64,000 bases of DNA from positions 248,001 through 312,000 of the forward strand of contig JAYWIR010000072.1 of NCBI GenBank assembly GCA_036172245.1, written 5' to 3'. Every line of letters begins with the position of its first letter. Within the stretch, counting starts at the first letter, position 1. The notes below the pieces were generated by a model that saw only the letters and a list, made by a program, of their open reading frames with translations, had not been told where the DNA came from and searched no databases. This document shows positions 39,314 through 49,641 of this stretch, piece after piece. Source of the stretch: Raillietiella orientalis (Eukaryota). A program made the translations under genes and the position numbers.

Positions 39314-40475
39314 AGCCCAAGTCGGGCATCACCCACGTGCGGAAGCCGACGAGGAGGCGACTCCAACGGAAAAGGGTAACCAGGGGTCAGCAATGCCCTC
39401 TGAAACCGCCGAACCTGAACCACCCGCACCAATGGATGTGGGCCAACAGGTACGAACAACACCCCCTTCGCACGGGCAGCCGGAGACGTCGGCACGAAAG
39501 AAGGATGGGGAGTTGGTGGGCAAGTCGCCAACCCCGTCCAGCGACCCGCCCCAAAAGGTGGAGGGAGCTCCACCGCCAGGTTCCCAGGAATAACACCTGG
39601 ACTCGCCTGTCGGCGTCGGATCCGCGCGGCCAGTTGGAATGTTAACGGGCTGCGCGGCGACGGAAAAAGACGAGATACAGCCGCCACCTTGCGAGATTTC
39701 GACCTGGTACATTTGCAGGAGATCCACGTGATCACCGCAAAAGACGCCCAGGAGATCGAAACGATTGCGGGAGGCTGGTTGTACTGGCGATGCGGCGCCC
39801 GCAACACTTGTGGGGTCGCGTTCTTCCTAAAGCCAGCCATTAACGCGGCCGTGAAGGGCGTGCGCTTTGGGGACGACGGACGGATCGGCCAACTGATTCT
39901 CAGATGGTCCGATTCGATCGACCTCATCGTCACCAATGTGTACGCTCCTAGCGGTAAACAGGGATACCAGCAGCGCAACGCGTTACTGGAAACCTTGAAG
40001 CGCGAATGGCTGGTGGACGCGGACGTGCGAAAGGCGCATCTCATAGCAGGGGATTTCAACGTCCGTCTGCTCTCAGATCAGCCCGGAGCACAGGGTAACG
40101 CGATCAACGAGTTGTGCGCCGCCATGCGCGCGCGCAACTTGTTGACAGAAATAAGTGGGATGGTCAGCAGCGTGGACCACGTCTTCCTCGACGAAGACCT
40201 GTGCACACGGGTCGGAAAACGAGGGACACTTGGATCGACGCTGTCGGAGCATTCCCGGTTAGTTTTCGAGATGCGCCCGCGCGACAAGGGACCGCCATTC
40301 AGGAATTGGCGTATTCCAGGGGACTGGACGCGCCTGTCAGGAGCGAAAGAACATCTGCGCGAATTCCTGTGAGGCGTCAGCCTCCAGAGTCTCGCCGATT
40401 GGGACCTATTTAAGGACTCGGTCCTGGAGTTCTGCGAACAGTTCCCTGTGCAACGTCTGCCCCGGGGATTCGGCG
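39313..40475 (+). pseudogene. LINE family A ORF1 tail + complete APE, cut at RLPRGFG
   Basis: 39313-39658 is an inverted copy of 1-346 with identical ORF translations. ORF 39689..40372 carries QEIH, GDFN and VDHVFLD. Confidence 0.92.
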
Positions 40476-43400
40476 TTGCCACCCGGGTACGCCCGGGGCG
40501 TTTATTGATAAACTTTACATGCGTGGTACAAGGCCCCACCACGGCCGTAAACACAGGACCTGTCGGGACACCGGGACGCAGCCCGGTGTGGCACTCCCCG
40601 ACAGCGAAGGGGGATGGGGATGAGACAAAAAGTAAAATAAAAAGAAACAAACAAAAAGAAGTTGGAGGGCAGGGAAGGGATCACTGGTCGCTGTGGGGAG
40701 GGCCCATCCGTCGAACGACGCCCTCGAGGTCAGCCTGCATATTCCCCAGTTGGGGCCATCCGGCAGCTCTTCGCAAGAAGCGTTTGGCATACGGGATGAC
40801 ATCCCTCGCCTGTGGACCCACTCCTTCGTTGTTGGCGTCGCTCCATGCCGCCACGATGCCACGGACGCAGCACACGGCTGCGATGGCTGCGGCTGGCTGC
40901 AGTGCGTCCTTCACGAAGAGGGGCCGAAGAACGTCTCTGGGGGTGCTGCCCGTAGGGAGCCCGAGGGTCGTCCCGAACCGTTCCCAAAGAAGTCGGAGGG
41001 CAGCACAATCCACAATAAGGTGGGGAAGCGAATCCCGCTCCCCGCACCTGGCACACGCAGGATCCACAGCTCCCCTCGTCCAGTGGAAGCGGCGCGCGTT
41101 GCAGGGTAGACCCCAGTGCAACAAAAGCAACGCCGACTCTTGCCACTTGAGGGGCAGGATCCTGGATTCCTTCATCACCGGGGGCCACTTCAGCTCATCC
41201 CTGGGGATGGCGAGCAGCTCGCCCCATCTTAACAATCCTCGCGGCTGGACGCTCGGGGTCGAGGCGTCGGCCAGTTCTCCTGTTGTCCAGCCGCTGATCA
41301 ACTTCTCCCGTCCCTCGATGCAGCAGGAGACTTGCCACCTTGGCGTCCGGGTGCTGTGAAGTGCCCTCCTTAGGAAGGGTAGCGCCGTAGCTAGGCAGGT
41401 CGTCTCTGCCCACGTGCATCTTGATGGACTCTCCAGGAGATTCCGCAGCGTGCAGCGGGCGTAGGGGCTGCATCGGAGACGATTCCACGTCTCGTGGCTT
41501 CTCTGGTTGACTACTGCCCACGTTCCAATATTCTCCTCCAGCCAGGCGGGGGAGTTGGCGGGGCAGCAAACCATCCAGCTGGTCTCCTTGGCCAATGTTG
41601 CCATGCGCCCGAGCAGTAGGCCGCATCTTCGCATCTTCCGGCCACGGCTCAGAAGAAATGACGCGAGTCCATCGCACCGGGACACACGGCTGGCCAGGAG
41701 GCGGGCCGGAGTGCACCAAGGGGTGCTCCACATCTTCGCTGCGATGGCGAGGGTTCGCCACCGCAGCTGCTTCTCCTCGCGCTCCAGCGTCAGGAGGCCA
41801 AGACTGCCGTCCCGACGCGGAGCGCACAAGTCCTTCAGTGGGACTCGGGGCCTCCCCTTGCCCCAAAGGGCGATACGAAGGAGGTCCTTCGTCCTCTTCT
41901 TGGATTCCACGGTGGGGGGGCAAACAAAAAGCAAGGGGCGGAGGATGGGGGCCGCGAAGGCGTTCCAAACCGCGGCCCGTTCCGGCAAGTGAAACTTGCC
42001 CTCCAGGAACGGGCCGATCGCCGTCTCGACTTTTTGGAGGCAGCTGGACCACGCTTCCGCAGGGGAGTAGTCCCCCAACGGCACACCAAGGTACTTGAAG
42101 CACCTCGCCGTGGGGATCCCCAGACGGACCAAGTCCTGCTGCCCTGCCCACGCCGCACCTATTGGCACAACCGACGACTTCGCCCTGTTAACCTGCAGTC
42201 CGGTCCCGCGGCTGAGCAGATCGAAGAAGTCTCCGACCGACTTTGCCGGGGTGGACATTGGCAACAAAAGCAGAAGATCGTCGGCGTACGCTGCTACGGC
42301 GGGCGTGCCGGGGCACGAGCTCGGCAATGGGGCCAAAGTCACCCTGTACGCTCTCAGCACCAACTCAAAGTAGGTGCTGAAGAGCAGGGGGCTGAGGCTA
42401 TCTCCCTGCCTTAGGCCCCGCCGCACCGGCACGCCATACACCTTTTGACCGCTGAAAGAGACGGTAATTATCGCATTCCGCCAGCAAGAGCGCAGGTAGG
42501 AGATCAGGGAGGGTGGAAAGCCCATGCGACCCAGGAGCTCCAAGAGAAGTTCCTGGTCTACACAGTCGAACGCCTTGTGGAGATCGACTGCGAGCGCTAG
42601 GGCCCCCTTGCCCGCCCGGGGTTCCCTTCCCAGCCCGGCTGGCGTCCCCGAAGTGGGGTTGCTGACTTTCCCTATCCCTTTCTTCTCTCTTCTCTGCAGG
42701 TGCACCCATGTGCTCGCGAAGAAGAGGTTGGCATCCATACTTCGCCCGGGAACAGCATAAGTCTGCTCCGGGATAATTACGGATTCTGCCACCTGCCCCA
42801 GACGCGAAGCCCATAGCCCTGCGATCAACTTGGCGTCCGTATTCACGATCGTGATCGGACGCCAGTTCTTTAAATTCCTGAGGTCTCCCCCTTTCGGCAG
42901 GAGCCTCACTCTGGCTGACCGAAACGAGGCGGGAACATCGCCTTCGTCTCGGATCAGCCTGATCAACTTTAGCAGCAGGGGTGCCAGCTCTTCCGCGAAG
43001 CTCTGAAAGAACTCCGCGGGCAAGCCGTCTTCCCCTGGAGCTTTACGCCTCTTGAGCCTTTTGATACCGACGAGAATTTCGCCGGTGGTAAAAGGCTCGT
43101 CGAGGCTTTCCATCTCCTCCTCCCCTATTGCCGGGGCGTCATCCGGAAGCAAGCGCCGAGAGGCGTTTCGATCCGGGGGCTCCCTGGCGTAAAGTGAGGA
43201 ATGAAAACTCCGCACGAGATGCCGTACCGACGCCGGGGACGAGCATTCCCGGCCCTGGTCGTCCAGCAAGCTGGCCGACCCGGATTGCCAGGCTTGGCGT
43301 TCGGCCCCGGCGCGGTACTCGGCCAGGCGACGGACATTAGGGGTTCTCTCGTAACTACGAGCCTGTAAATAGGCCCGATGGTTGCGAGCACCCTCGCCGA

Positions 43401-44475
43401 ATCCGGGGGGCAGGCGATCCAGGGGGAACTGCTCACAGAACTCGCGGACCGATTCCTTAAAAAGGTCCCAGTCCTGGAGATTCCGGAGCGTGACGCCTCT
43501 CAGGTATTCGCGAAGGTGTTCCTTCGCACCTGAGAGTCGCGTCCAGTCCCCTGGCAGACGCCAGTCCCTGGATGGCGGTCCTTTGTCGCGAGGCCGCATC
43601 TCGAAAATTAACCGGGAATGGTCCGACAACGTTGACGCAACCCTCCCCCGTTTGCCGACCCGTGAACACAGGTCAGCGTCGAGGAAGACGTGGTCGATGC
43701 TGCGGACCATTCCCCTCTCACCCGCGAACAAGTTGCGCGCACGCACGGCGGCGCACAACTCGTTCATCGCGTTCTCTTGTGTGTCTGGCTCACCTGTTAG
43801 CAGACGGAGATTGAAATCTCCCGCTATCAGGTGAGCCTTCCGCACGTTCGTGTCCGCCAGCCAGTCGCGCTTCAGGGAATCCAGCAGCCTGGTACGGTCG
43901 CTGTATCCCTGTTTACCGCTGGGGGCGTACACAGTCGTGACGATCAATTCGATCGAGTCGGACCAGCTGAGAATCAGCTGACCGACCCGACCGTCGTCAT
44001 CGAAGCGCACGCCCTTCACGGCCGCGTCGATGGCCGGCTTCACGAAGAACGCGACCCCGTAGGTGTTGCGGAGGCCGCACCGCCAATACAGCCGACCCCC
44101 CGCGATCGTCTCGATCTCCTGGGCGTCTGCCGCGGTGATCACGTGGATCTCCTGCAGCAGGGCCAGGTCGAGCTCACGCAGGGTGTCGGCCGTATCTCGC
44201 CTGTTACCATCGTCGCGCAGCCCGTTGACGTTCCAACAGGCGGCGCGAATCCGACGGCGACTGGCGAGCCCAGGTGTTATTCCTGGGAAGATGGCGATGC
44301 GGCGTCCGCCACCTGTTGGGGCGGGACGCTAGGTGGAGGAGGAGGGTCAGGCGCAGCTTGCACCTGGTCCCCCTCCTCCATGGGTAACGGCGCGTCGAGG
44401 GGGTCACCCTTAAGTGGGGTGGCGCCTACCTGTTGGCCCTCCTCCATGGGTTCGCGCTGCTCAAGTTGCGGTACG
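40476..44475 (-). mobile_element. 5'-truncated family A LINE with intact ORF2, ORF1 tail and complete 3' terminus
   Basis: ORF1 tail ...AASPSSQE* (stop 44277-44279), uninterrupted ORF2, ~200-nt 3'UTR and AATAAA+hairpin at 40506-40476. Confidence 0.93.
40681..44277 (-). CDS. LINE ORF2: APE endonuclease + reverse transcriptase + C-terminal CCHC finger (L1/Tx1 type), ~1198 aa, no AUG at the N-terminus
   Basis: The 1153-aa ORF extends 45 codons upstream in frame (TPGLASRRRIRAACWNVNG...LLQEIH). Motifs: GDFN, IDH, SDH, KAPGEDG, NWRPI, DLHKAFD, GLRQGDSLSP, YADD, KYLG, CARC..H....C. Confidence 0.95.
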   Translation of the reverse strand, partial: TPGLASRRRIRAACWNVNGLRDDGNRRDTADTLRELDLALLQEIHVITAADAQEIETIAGGRLYWRCGLRNTYGVAFFVKPAIDAAVKGVRFDDDGRVGQLILSWSDSIELIVTTVYAPSGKQGYSDRTRLLDSLKRDWLADTNVRKAHLIAGDFNLRLLTGEPDTQENAMNELCAAVRARNLFAGERGMVRSIDHVFLDADLCSRVGKRGRVASTLSDHSRLIFEMRPRDKGPPSRDWRLPGDWTRLSGAKEHLREYLRGVTLRNLQDWDLFKESVREFCEQFPLDRLPPGFGEGARNHRAYLQARSYERTPNVRRLAEYRAGAERQAWQSGSASLLDDQGRECSSPASVRHLVRSFHSSLYAREPPDRNASRRLLPDDAPAIGEEEMESLDEPFTTGEILVGIKRLKRRKAPGEDGLPAEFFQSFAEELAPLLLKLIRLIRDEGDVPASFRSARVRLLPKGGDLRNLKNWRPITIVNTDAKLIAGLWASRLGQVAESVIIPEQTYAVPGRSMDANLFFASTWVHLQRREKKGIGKVSNPTSGTPAGLGREPRAGKGALALAVDLHKAFDCVDQELLLELLGRMGFPPSLISYLRSCWRNAIITVSFSGQKVYGVPVRRGLRQGDSLSPLLFSTYFELVLRAYRVTLAPLPSSCPGTPAVAAYADDLLLLLPMSTPAKSVGDFFDLLSRGTGLQVNRAKSSVVPIGAAWAGQQDLVRLGIPTARCFKYLGVPLGDYSPAEAWSSCLQKVETAIGPFLEGKFHLPERAAVWNAFAAPILRPLLFVCPPTVESKKRTKDLLRIALWGKGRPRVPLKDLCAPRRDGSLGLLTLEREEKQLRWRTLAIAAKMWSTPWCTPARLLASRVSRCDGLASFLLSRGRKMRRCGLLLGRMATLAKETSWMVCCPANSPAWLEENIGTWAVVNQRSHETWNRLRCSPYARCTLRNLLESPSRCTWAETTCLATALPFLRRALHSTRTPRWQVSCCIEGREKLISGWTTGELADASTPSVQPRGLLRWGELLAIPRDELKWPPVMKESRILPLKWQESALLLLHWGLPCNARRFHWTRGAVDPACARCGERDSLPHLIVDCAALRLLWERFGTTLGLPTGSTPRDVLRPLFVKDALQPAAAIAAVCCVRGIVAAWSDANNEGVGPQARDVIPYAKRFLRRAAGWPQLGNMQADLEGVVRRMGPPHSDQ

Positions 44476-45598
44476 GGAGAACGCCTGGATCTCCTGCCTC
44501 CCAGGGAACTACTCCGCCTGGTTGCACGAGTCAGTCTCCACCTGTGTAAAGATCCACGTTCCGTCGGGCACAAGAAACACTTGCCTAAAAGGGCACGCCC
44601 GCTGGACGCTGCAGGAGATCGTGCAGTCCCACGACAAGCTTCTGTGGGCCTTGATAACCCCCCTCGCCCCAGTGCTGCCCTTCCTTGTGAATGCCAGGGA
44701 CAGTAGCGAGCAGGGGAAATGGACCGTGTCCTGCACTATATGCGGCAGGACACAATCGATAAAGGCGTGGACATCTCGGCAGCTAGCTGACGCTGCGACG
44801 CCCAGTGTCCCGCCCAACGGAATTCGACGCTGGGGTGAGCTACTCGGACTATCTCCGGAGGAGATAAAGTGGCTCCCAGCGTCCTGGAACAGTGGATCCC
44901 TCCCCCTTAAATGGCAGGAGGTGGCGTTGCTTGTAATGCACTGGGGTTTACCCTGTAAAGCACGCCTGTATCAAACCACCCGGGGGCCGTGGATCCCCAG
45001 TGCGACCGGTATGTGGAAAAAGAGACCTTTCCCCACCTTCTTCGGGAGTGGGGTGCCATCCGCCCTTCATGGGATCGCCTTGCGGCGATCCTGGATTTCC
45101 GCGTATGTGGCCCTAAGGACGTTCTCAGGTGCCTCTTCTGCAGTGAAGCCTTGTCCCCCCCCGCTTCTGTAGCAGTCCGCTGCTGCATTCGAGGGATCGT
45201 GGCGGCTTGGAGCGCCACCAGAAGAAGACGTCAGCCAACTGGCAACGCCTTACTTTTCACTCGCCTATTCGTGCTAGCTGTTTGCAAGTGGCGCCACTTA
45301 GGCGCAGAGAGGACTAAGCTTTTCCGGATCCTGAATAGGATCTAGAGGACCTATCCCGGCGCACAGTGATGCCATCCCTGTCCTCCCACTTCTGAATCAT
45401 TTGTTCCCTCCCACATTCCAACTTTTTGTTTGTTTTTGTTTTTTCTTTCCCAACCTCCGCGCATTGGAAGGACCTCGCCGGCATAGTGCCGGCAGCCAGC
45501 AAGCTGTTTTGGTGTGGTGAACCCTTGGGTTCTCCACTCGATAATGTTTTGCGCTTTTTTTCGTTTTAGATGAATTCCCCGGCATATCCGGGCGAAAA
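44476..45598 (+). pseudogene. LINE family B-like ORF2 C-terminal part + 3'UTR
   Basis: ENAWISCLPGN...LPLKWQE...WGLPC (ORF 44414..45172); terminal ccccggcatatccgggcgaaaa at 45577-45598. Confidence 0.85.
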
Positions 45599-48500
45599 CT
45601 CACCCCGGAACCCACAGGTTCTGCACCCGGGAAGAACACTCCATTACGCGCAGCACGGTGGAGGCCGGTGGCGACCGCGCCCTCCAGCCCGTCGTGCTAC
45701 TTACTGCCCGCTCGCTGGGTAAGGCGAGCACCACGGCCTCGCTTTCCCAGCCTTGATAAGGGCGATCGCGTCTTCTCGTCGTGACGTGCTGAAACGTCAA
45801 CGGTCTCCAACAGGACGAGAAGAGGCGCTTGTGGCTAACGCTCTGCGCCCCTTCGACTTGACGCTCCTGCAGGAGATTCACTGCATCTCAGAAGAGCAGG
45901 CTGCCGAAATCGAACGGCACGCGGGTGGAAGGCTACATTATAGTTGCGACGTCGCTTTTTTCCTAAGAGGAACTTTGGAAGGAGTGGTGCGCAGCGTTCA
46001 TTTCGACACGGAAGGTCGAGTGGGACAGCTTGTACTCAAGTGGTTCGACTCGATCGACCTTGTCGTAACCAACGTGTACGCGCCGAACGGTGCTTGACGA
46101 TGGGCCGAATGGATTGAGTTCTTTGGTACCCTTGAAAGGCAGTGGCTCACTCGATCTCACCTCACTGTGGCCCATGTCATTGCGGGGGACTTTAACGTCC
46201 ACCTGCTGACCGAGAATAGCGCACACAAAAGGGAAAAGTTGCTAGCGGAAGAGATGTGCGCGTCCGTGCACGCGTGCAACTTGTTCGCTAGCGACCCTGT
46301 TATGACAGCAGCGCCGGACCACGTATACCTTGATGAACACTTGCCCTGTCGAGTGGGTCGGAGAGGTTTCGTGCCGTCCGTGCTTTCAGACCACAACACG
46401 CTCGAGTTCGAGTTGCTGCCGCCAGGCAAGGGGCCTCCAAACTGTTTTTGGAGGATGCCGGCAGACTAGATAAGGCACCCGGAGGCGGCTGAGCATCTTC
46501 GCCAGTACCTCCTCGGCTTTGCCATAAGTGAGCTTGAGGACTGGGACGATATGAAAAGATCGGTCCGCAAGTTTTGCTGCCGGTTTCCCTTGCACTAGCT
46601 TTCGCGCGGCTTCGGAAAGGGTGTAGCCAAAAGCAGAGATGTTTTGCAGGCCCGCTCCTACTTTAGGCGCGTGAACGTTGGTCGATTATCTGTGTACAAG
46701 GCCAAGGCCGAGCGCCATGTCTAATAGTCAGGGGCGACAGTTCTGCTCGACGACTAGGACCGGCAATGCTCGGCTCCAGCCGACGTGCGACAAATAGTCA
46801 AGCGCTATTACTCTTCTCTGTATGCAGAGGCACCGACGGAACGCAGCCTCTCCCGGCTGCTTCTGCCGATTGATGCACCTGTTGTAGACGAGGAGGAACG
46901 CGCGCGTCTCGATGAGCCCTTCACGGAAGTGGAAATTTCTTCTTCCATCTCGGGGCTCAAGAGACGAAAAGCGGCAGGCGAAGATGGGCTCCCCGCGGAA
47001 TTCTTTCAGTGTTTTGCGGCGGAGCTCATCTCCCTGGTGCTCGAACTCTCGTCGCTGATGCGAGACGCGGGCGATGTCCCCGCCTCGTTGCGCTTAGCGA
47101 AGGTGCGTCTCCTGCCGAAAGGCATAGATTTGCGCCAACTGAACAATTGGCGTCCGATCAGATTAGTGAATTCGGACGTCAAGTTGTTCTGGAAACTTTG
47201 GGTGGCGCGGATGGGAAGGATCGCGGAGTCTTTGGTGAGTCCGGAGCAGACCTTCGCTGTTCCTGGGCGGTCCATAAACGCGAATTTGTTGTTCATCCGC
47301 ACATGGCTGCAATAGCAGCATCGCATGGCGACGGATCGTCGTGCGGAAGCGACGCCTTTGATCTCTCACCGACGGAGGCGCGTGTCACAATGGGAAACCC
47401 CGGGAGCCTTGGCGGTTGCAGTCGATTTGCACAAAGCTTTCGATTGCGTGAACCAAAAGCTTCTTCTTGAGCTCTTTGAACGTCTGTGCCTCCCTGCATC
47501 TTTATTGGCATACTTGCGCTCCTGCTGGCGCCACGCGATTACATTCATTGTTTTCTGTGGCTGTCGCGTGTACGGCGTGCCAGTACGGCGAGGAATTAGG
47601 CAGGGCGATAGCTTAAGCCCGCTGCACTTTACCATCTATTTTGAATTGGTGCCGGAGGCTTACAGGCTAACGCTAGCAACCCTGCCGAGCTCCTGTCCAG
47701 GTACGCCGTCCGTGGCAGCCTATGCAGACGACCTGCTTCTTCTGTTGCCCATGTCCACCCCGGCAGCGTCACTTGAAGATTTCTTTGAGTTGATCCGTCG
47801 CGGTGCAGGCGTGAGCGTCAACAGAAGCAAATGCATGGTTGTTCCGGTGCGAGCGACGTGGGAGGGGCATTCCGAATAAATCTGCCTAGGGATCACCACA
47901 GGCAGGTACCTGTGGTATCTTGGCGTGCCGTTGGGAGACTTTTGCACCTCAGAAGCGTGGTCGCACTGCCTTCGGAAGGTAGAGCGTGCACTTCGCATGT
48001 TCTCAGGAGGCGAGTTCGTCTTGCCGGAACATGCCAGCATCTAGAACGCCTTCGTTGGCACCCTTTTCCGCTCCCTGTATTTTGTTTGTCCACACCCCCA
48101 GGAATTCAAATTCTGGGCGCAACGCCTTCTACGCAAAGCGTTGTGGGGCCCTGCAAGATCCCGCGTAAGACTTAAAGACTTGGTGGCGCCGCGTCACGAT
48201 GTAGGCTTGGGCATCCTAGACTTGCAAAGCATCTATCTGCAGGTGCAGTTTCGAATGCTGGGGCTCTGTGCCAAGCTGTGGTGTACGCCGTGGTGCTTAC
48301 CCGCACGCCTTATACTTTGGCGCTGCACGGGAAGCGAGGGACTGCTTACGTTGCTGCCCCAATTTCGGCACACCAGAATAGGGTTTGGCTTCCCGCTGAG
48401 GCAGATGTCCTCACTGCTGGAAGCCCAATGTTGGATCTCCTGCCGCCCCATGAACATTAATGCGTGGCGGCAGGAACCTTTTCCATCGTGGGTTGCTTGT

Positions 48501-49641
48501 CAAGGAACGCGATTGGAAGATCTTCGACGCCTGCGACTTCTCCTGAGTCATCCAATGGACGAAATCATGCAGGACAAGAAGAATACGGATCGTCTGTAGC
48601 TACATTACTCGCCGCAGCGCTGTCTGCCCTCAGGGCAAGCAACGACAGTTGCCTACTGGCGAAATGCGAGTTCTGCACAATAGCGGGAGTCAGTAAGCTT
48701 CTCGACTGCTGGACGACAAAGGAGCTGGTGGAAACACCACTCCTCGCAATCGGGCGAAGAGCCTGCTTCGATGAAGTGAGCATTTAATTGTAACCCTTGA
48801 AGAGATAGTGCTTTCCTTCGTTGGTTTGGACAACTCCGTGTTCCCCTTAAAGTGGAAACAAGATGTGCTGCACTTTTTACACTGGGGCTTCCACTTTAAC
48901 CGGCAGCGAAGCATAGTTTCCGGGGAAGCCGCTTTGCCAAACTGTTTGAGGTGCGGGGAGACCGAGTCTTTTCCGCACCTCTTGCTGGACTGCGGTGATC
49001 TCCGTGAACTGTGGTGAAGGCTGATTCCAGCCATCCTGCCGCAGGGAGGCACTGCCATTGATGTGTTGCAGCGATTCTTCAGCAGGAATAAATTTTCAGT
49101 AGGCGTGATTTTTGCAACCATGTGTTGTGTTCGCGCCATCGTGAAGGCCCGCTACGCCCTGGAGTTGTCAGCACAGCGAAGTGAGGCCCAACGGTTTGCA
49201 GCAGAATCCATGGAAAAGGCTGCTAGGTGACCTCATCTCCGTGACGAGGTTAAAGAGGACATCGCCGGCATCCATCGCCGGTTTACAGACTTTTAAGAAC
49301 AGCTTAATCCGGTGATCACTACGTCCTGAAGCCCACATATACCACTTCCCTCTCGCCCTGCTAAAATGCCGGTGACATTACTTTTATCCCTGTGCGAACC
49401 AAAGCGATCTTAAAGACCCTTGTTCCGGCGTCCCCCATTGATTTCTTTTTCTTTTGTTTTTGCTTGTTTGTGTTCCTAAATCCCACACTCTGTTCTGTGT
49501 TATTCTGGCCTGCGTGCCAGCAATTTTCTTATGAACCTTGTTCAGTTGTCGATTGGGAGCATGGTTCCTAGCTGGTTTATTTTATATAAGTGTCTTCATT
49601 TATATTATATGAAATAAACGCCCGGCGTGATCGGGTGAGAA
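45599..49641 (+). pseudogene. LINE family C: ORF1 tail + full-length ORF2 with nonsense mutations + 3'UTR
   Basis: Collinear ORFs 45753..46097, 46167..46469, 46785..47315, 47325..47879, 48141..48599 and 48808..49017; paralogous to 16290-20054; terminal hairpin at 49613-49641. Confidence 0.92.

Noticed and set aside
38971..40059. 362-aa minus-strand ORF (similarly 8185..9219, 40448..41359 and 43831..44706)
   Set aside because: Antisense to GC-rich LINE coding sequence, and several cross chimeric junctions, so they cannot be ancestral genes.
40681..44277. Group II intron, retron or other prokaryotic RT system (YADD motif)
   Set aside because: The N-terminal APE, C-terminal CCHC finger and upstream knuckle ORF1 define a eukaryotic non-LTR element.
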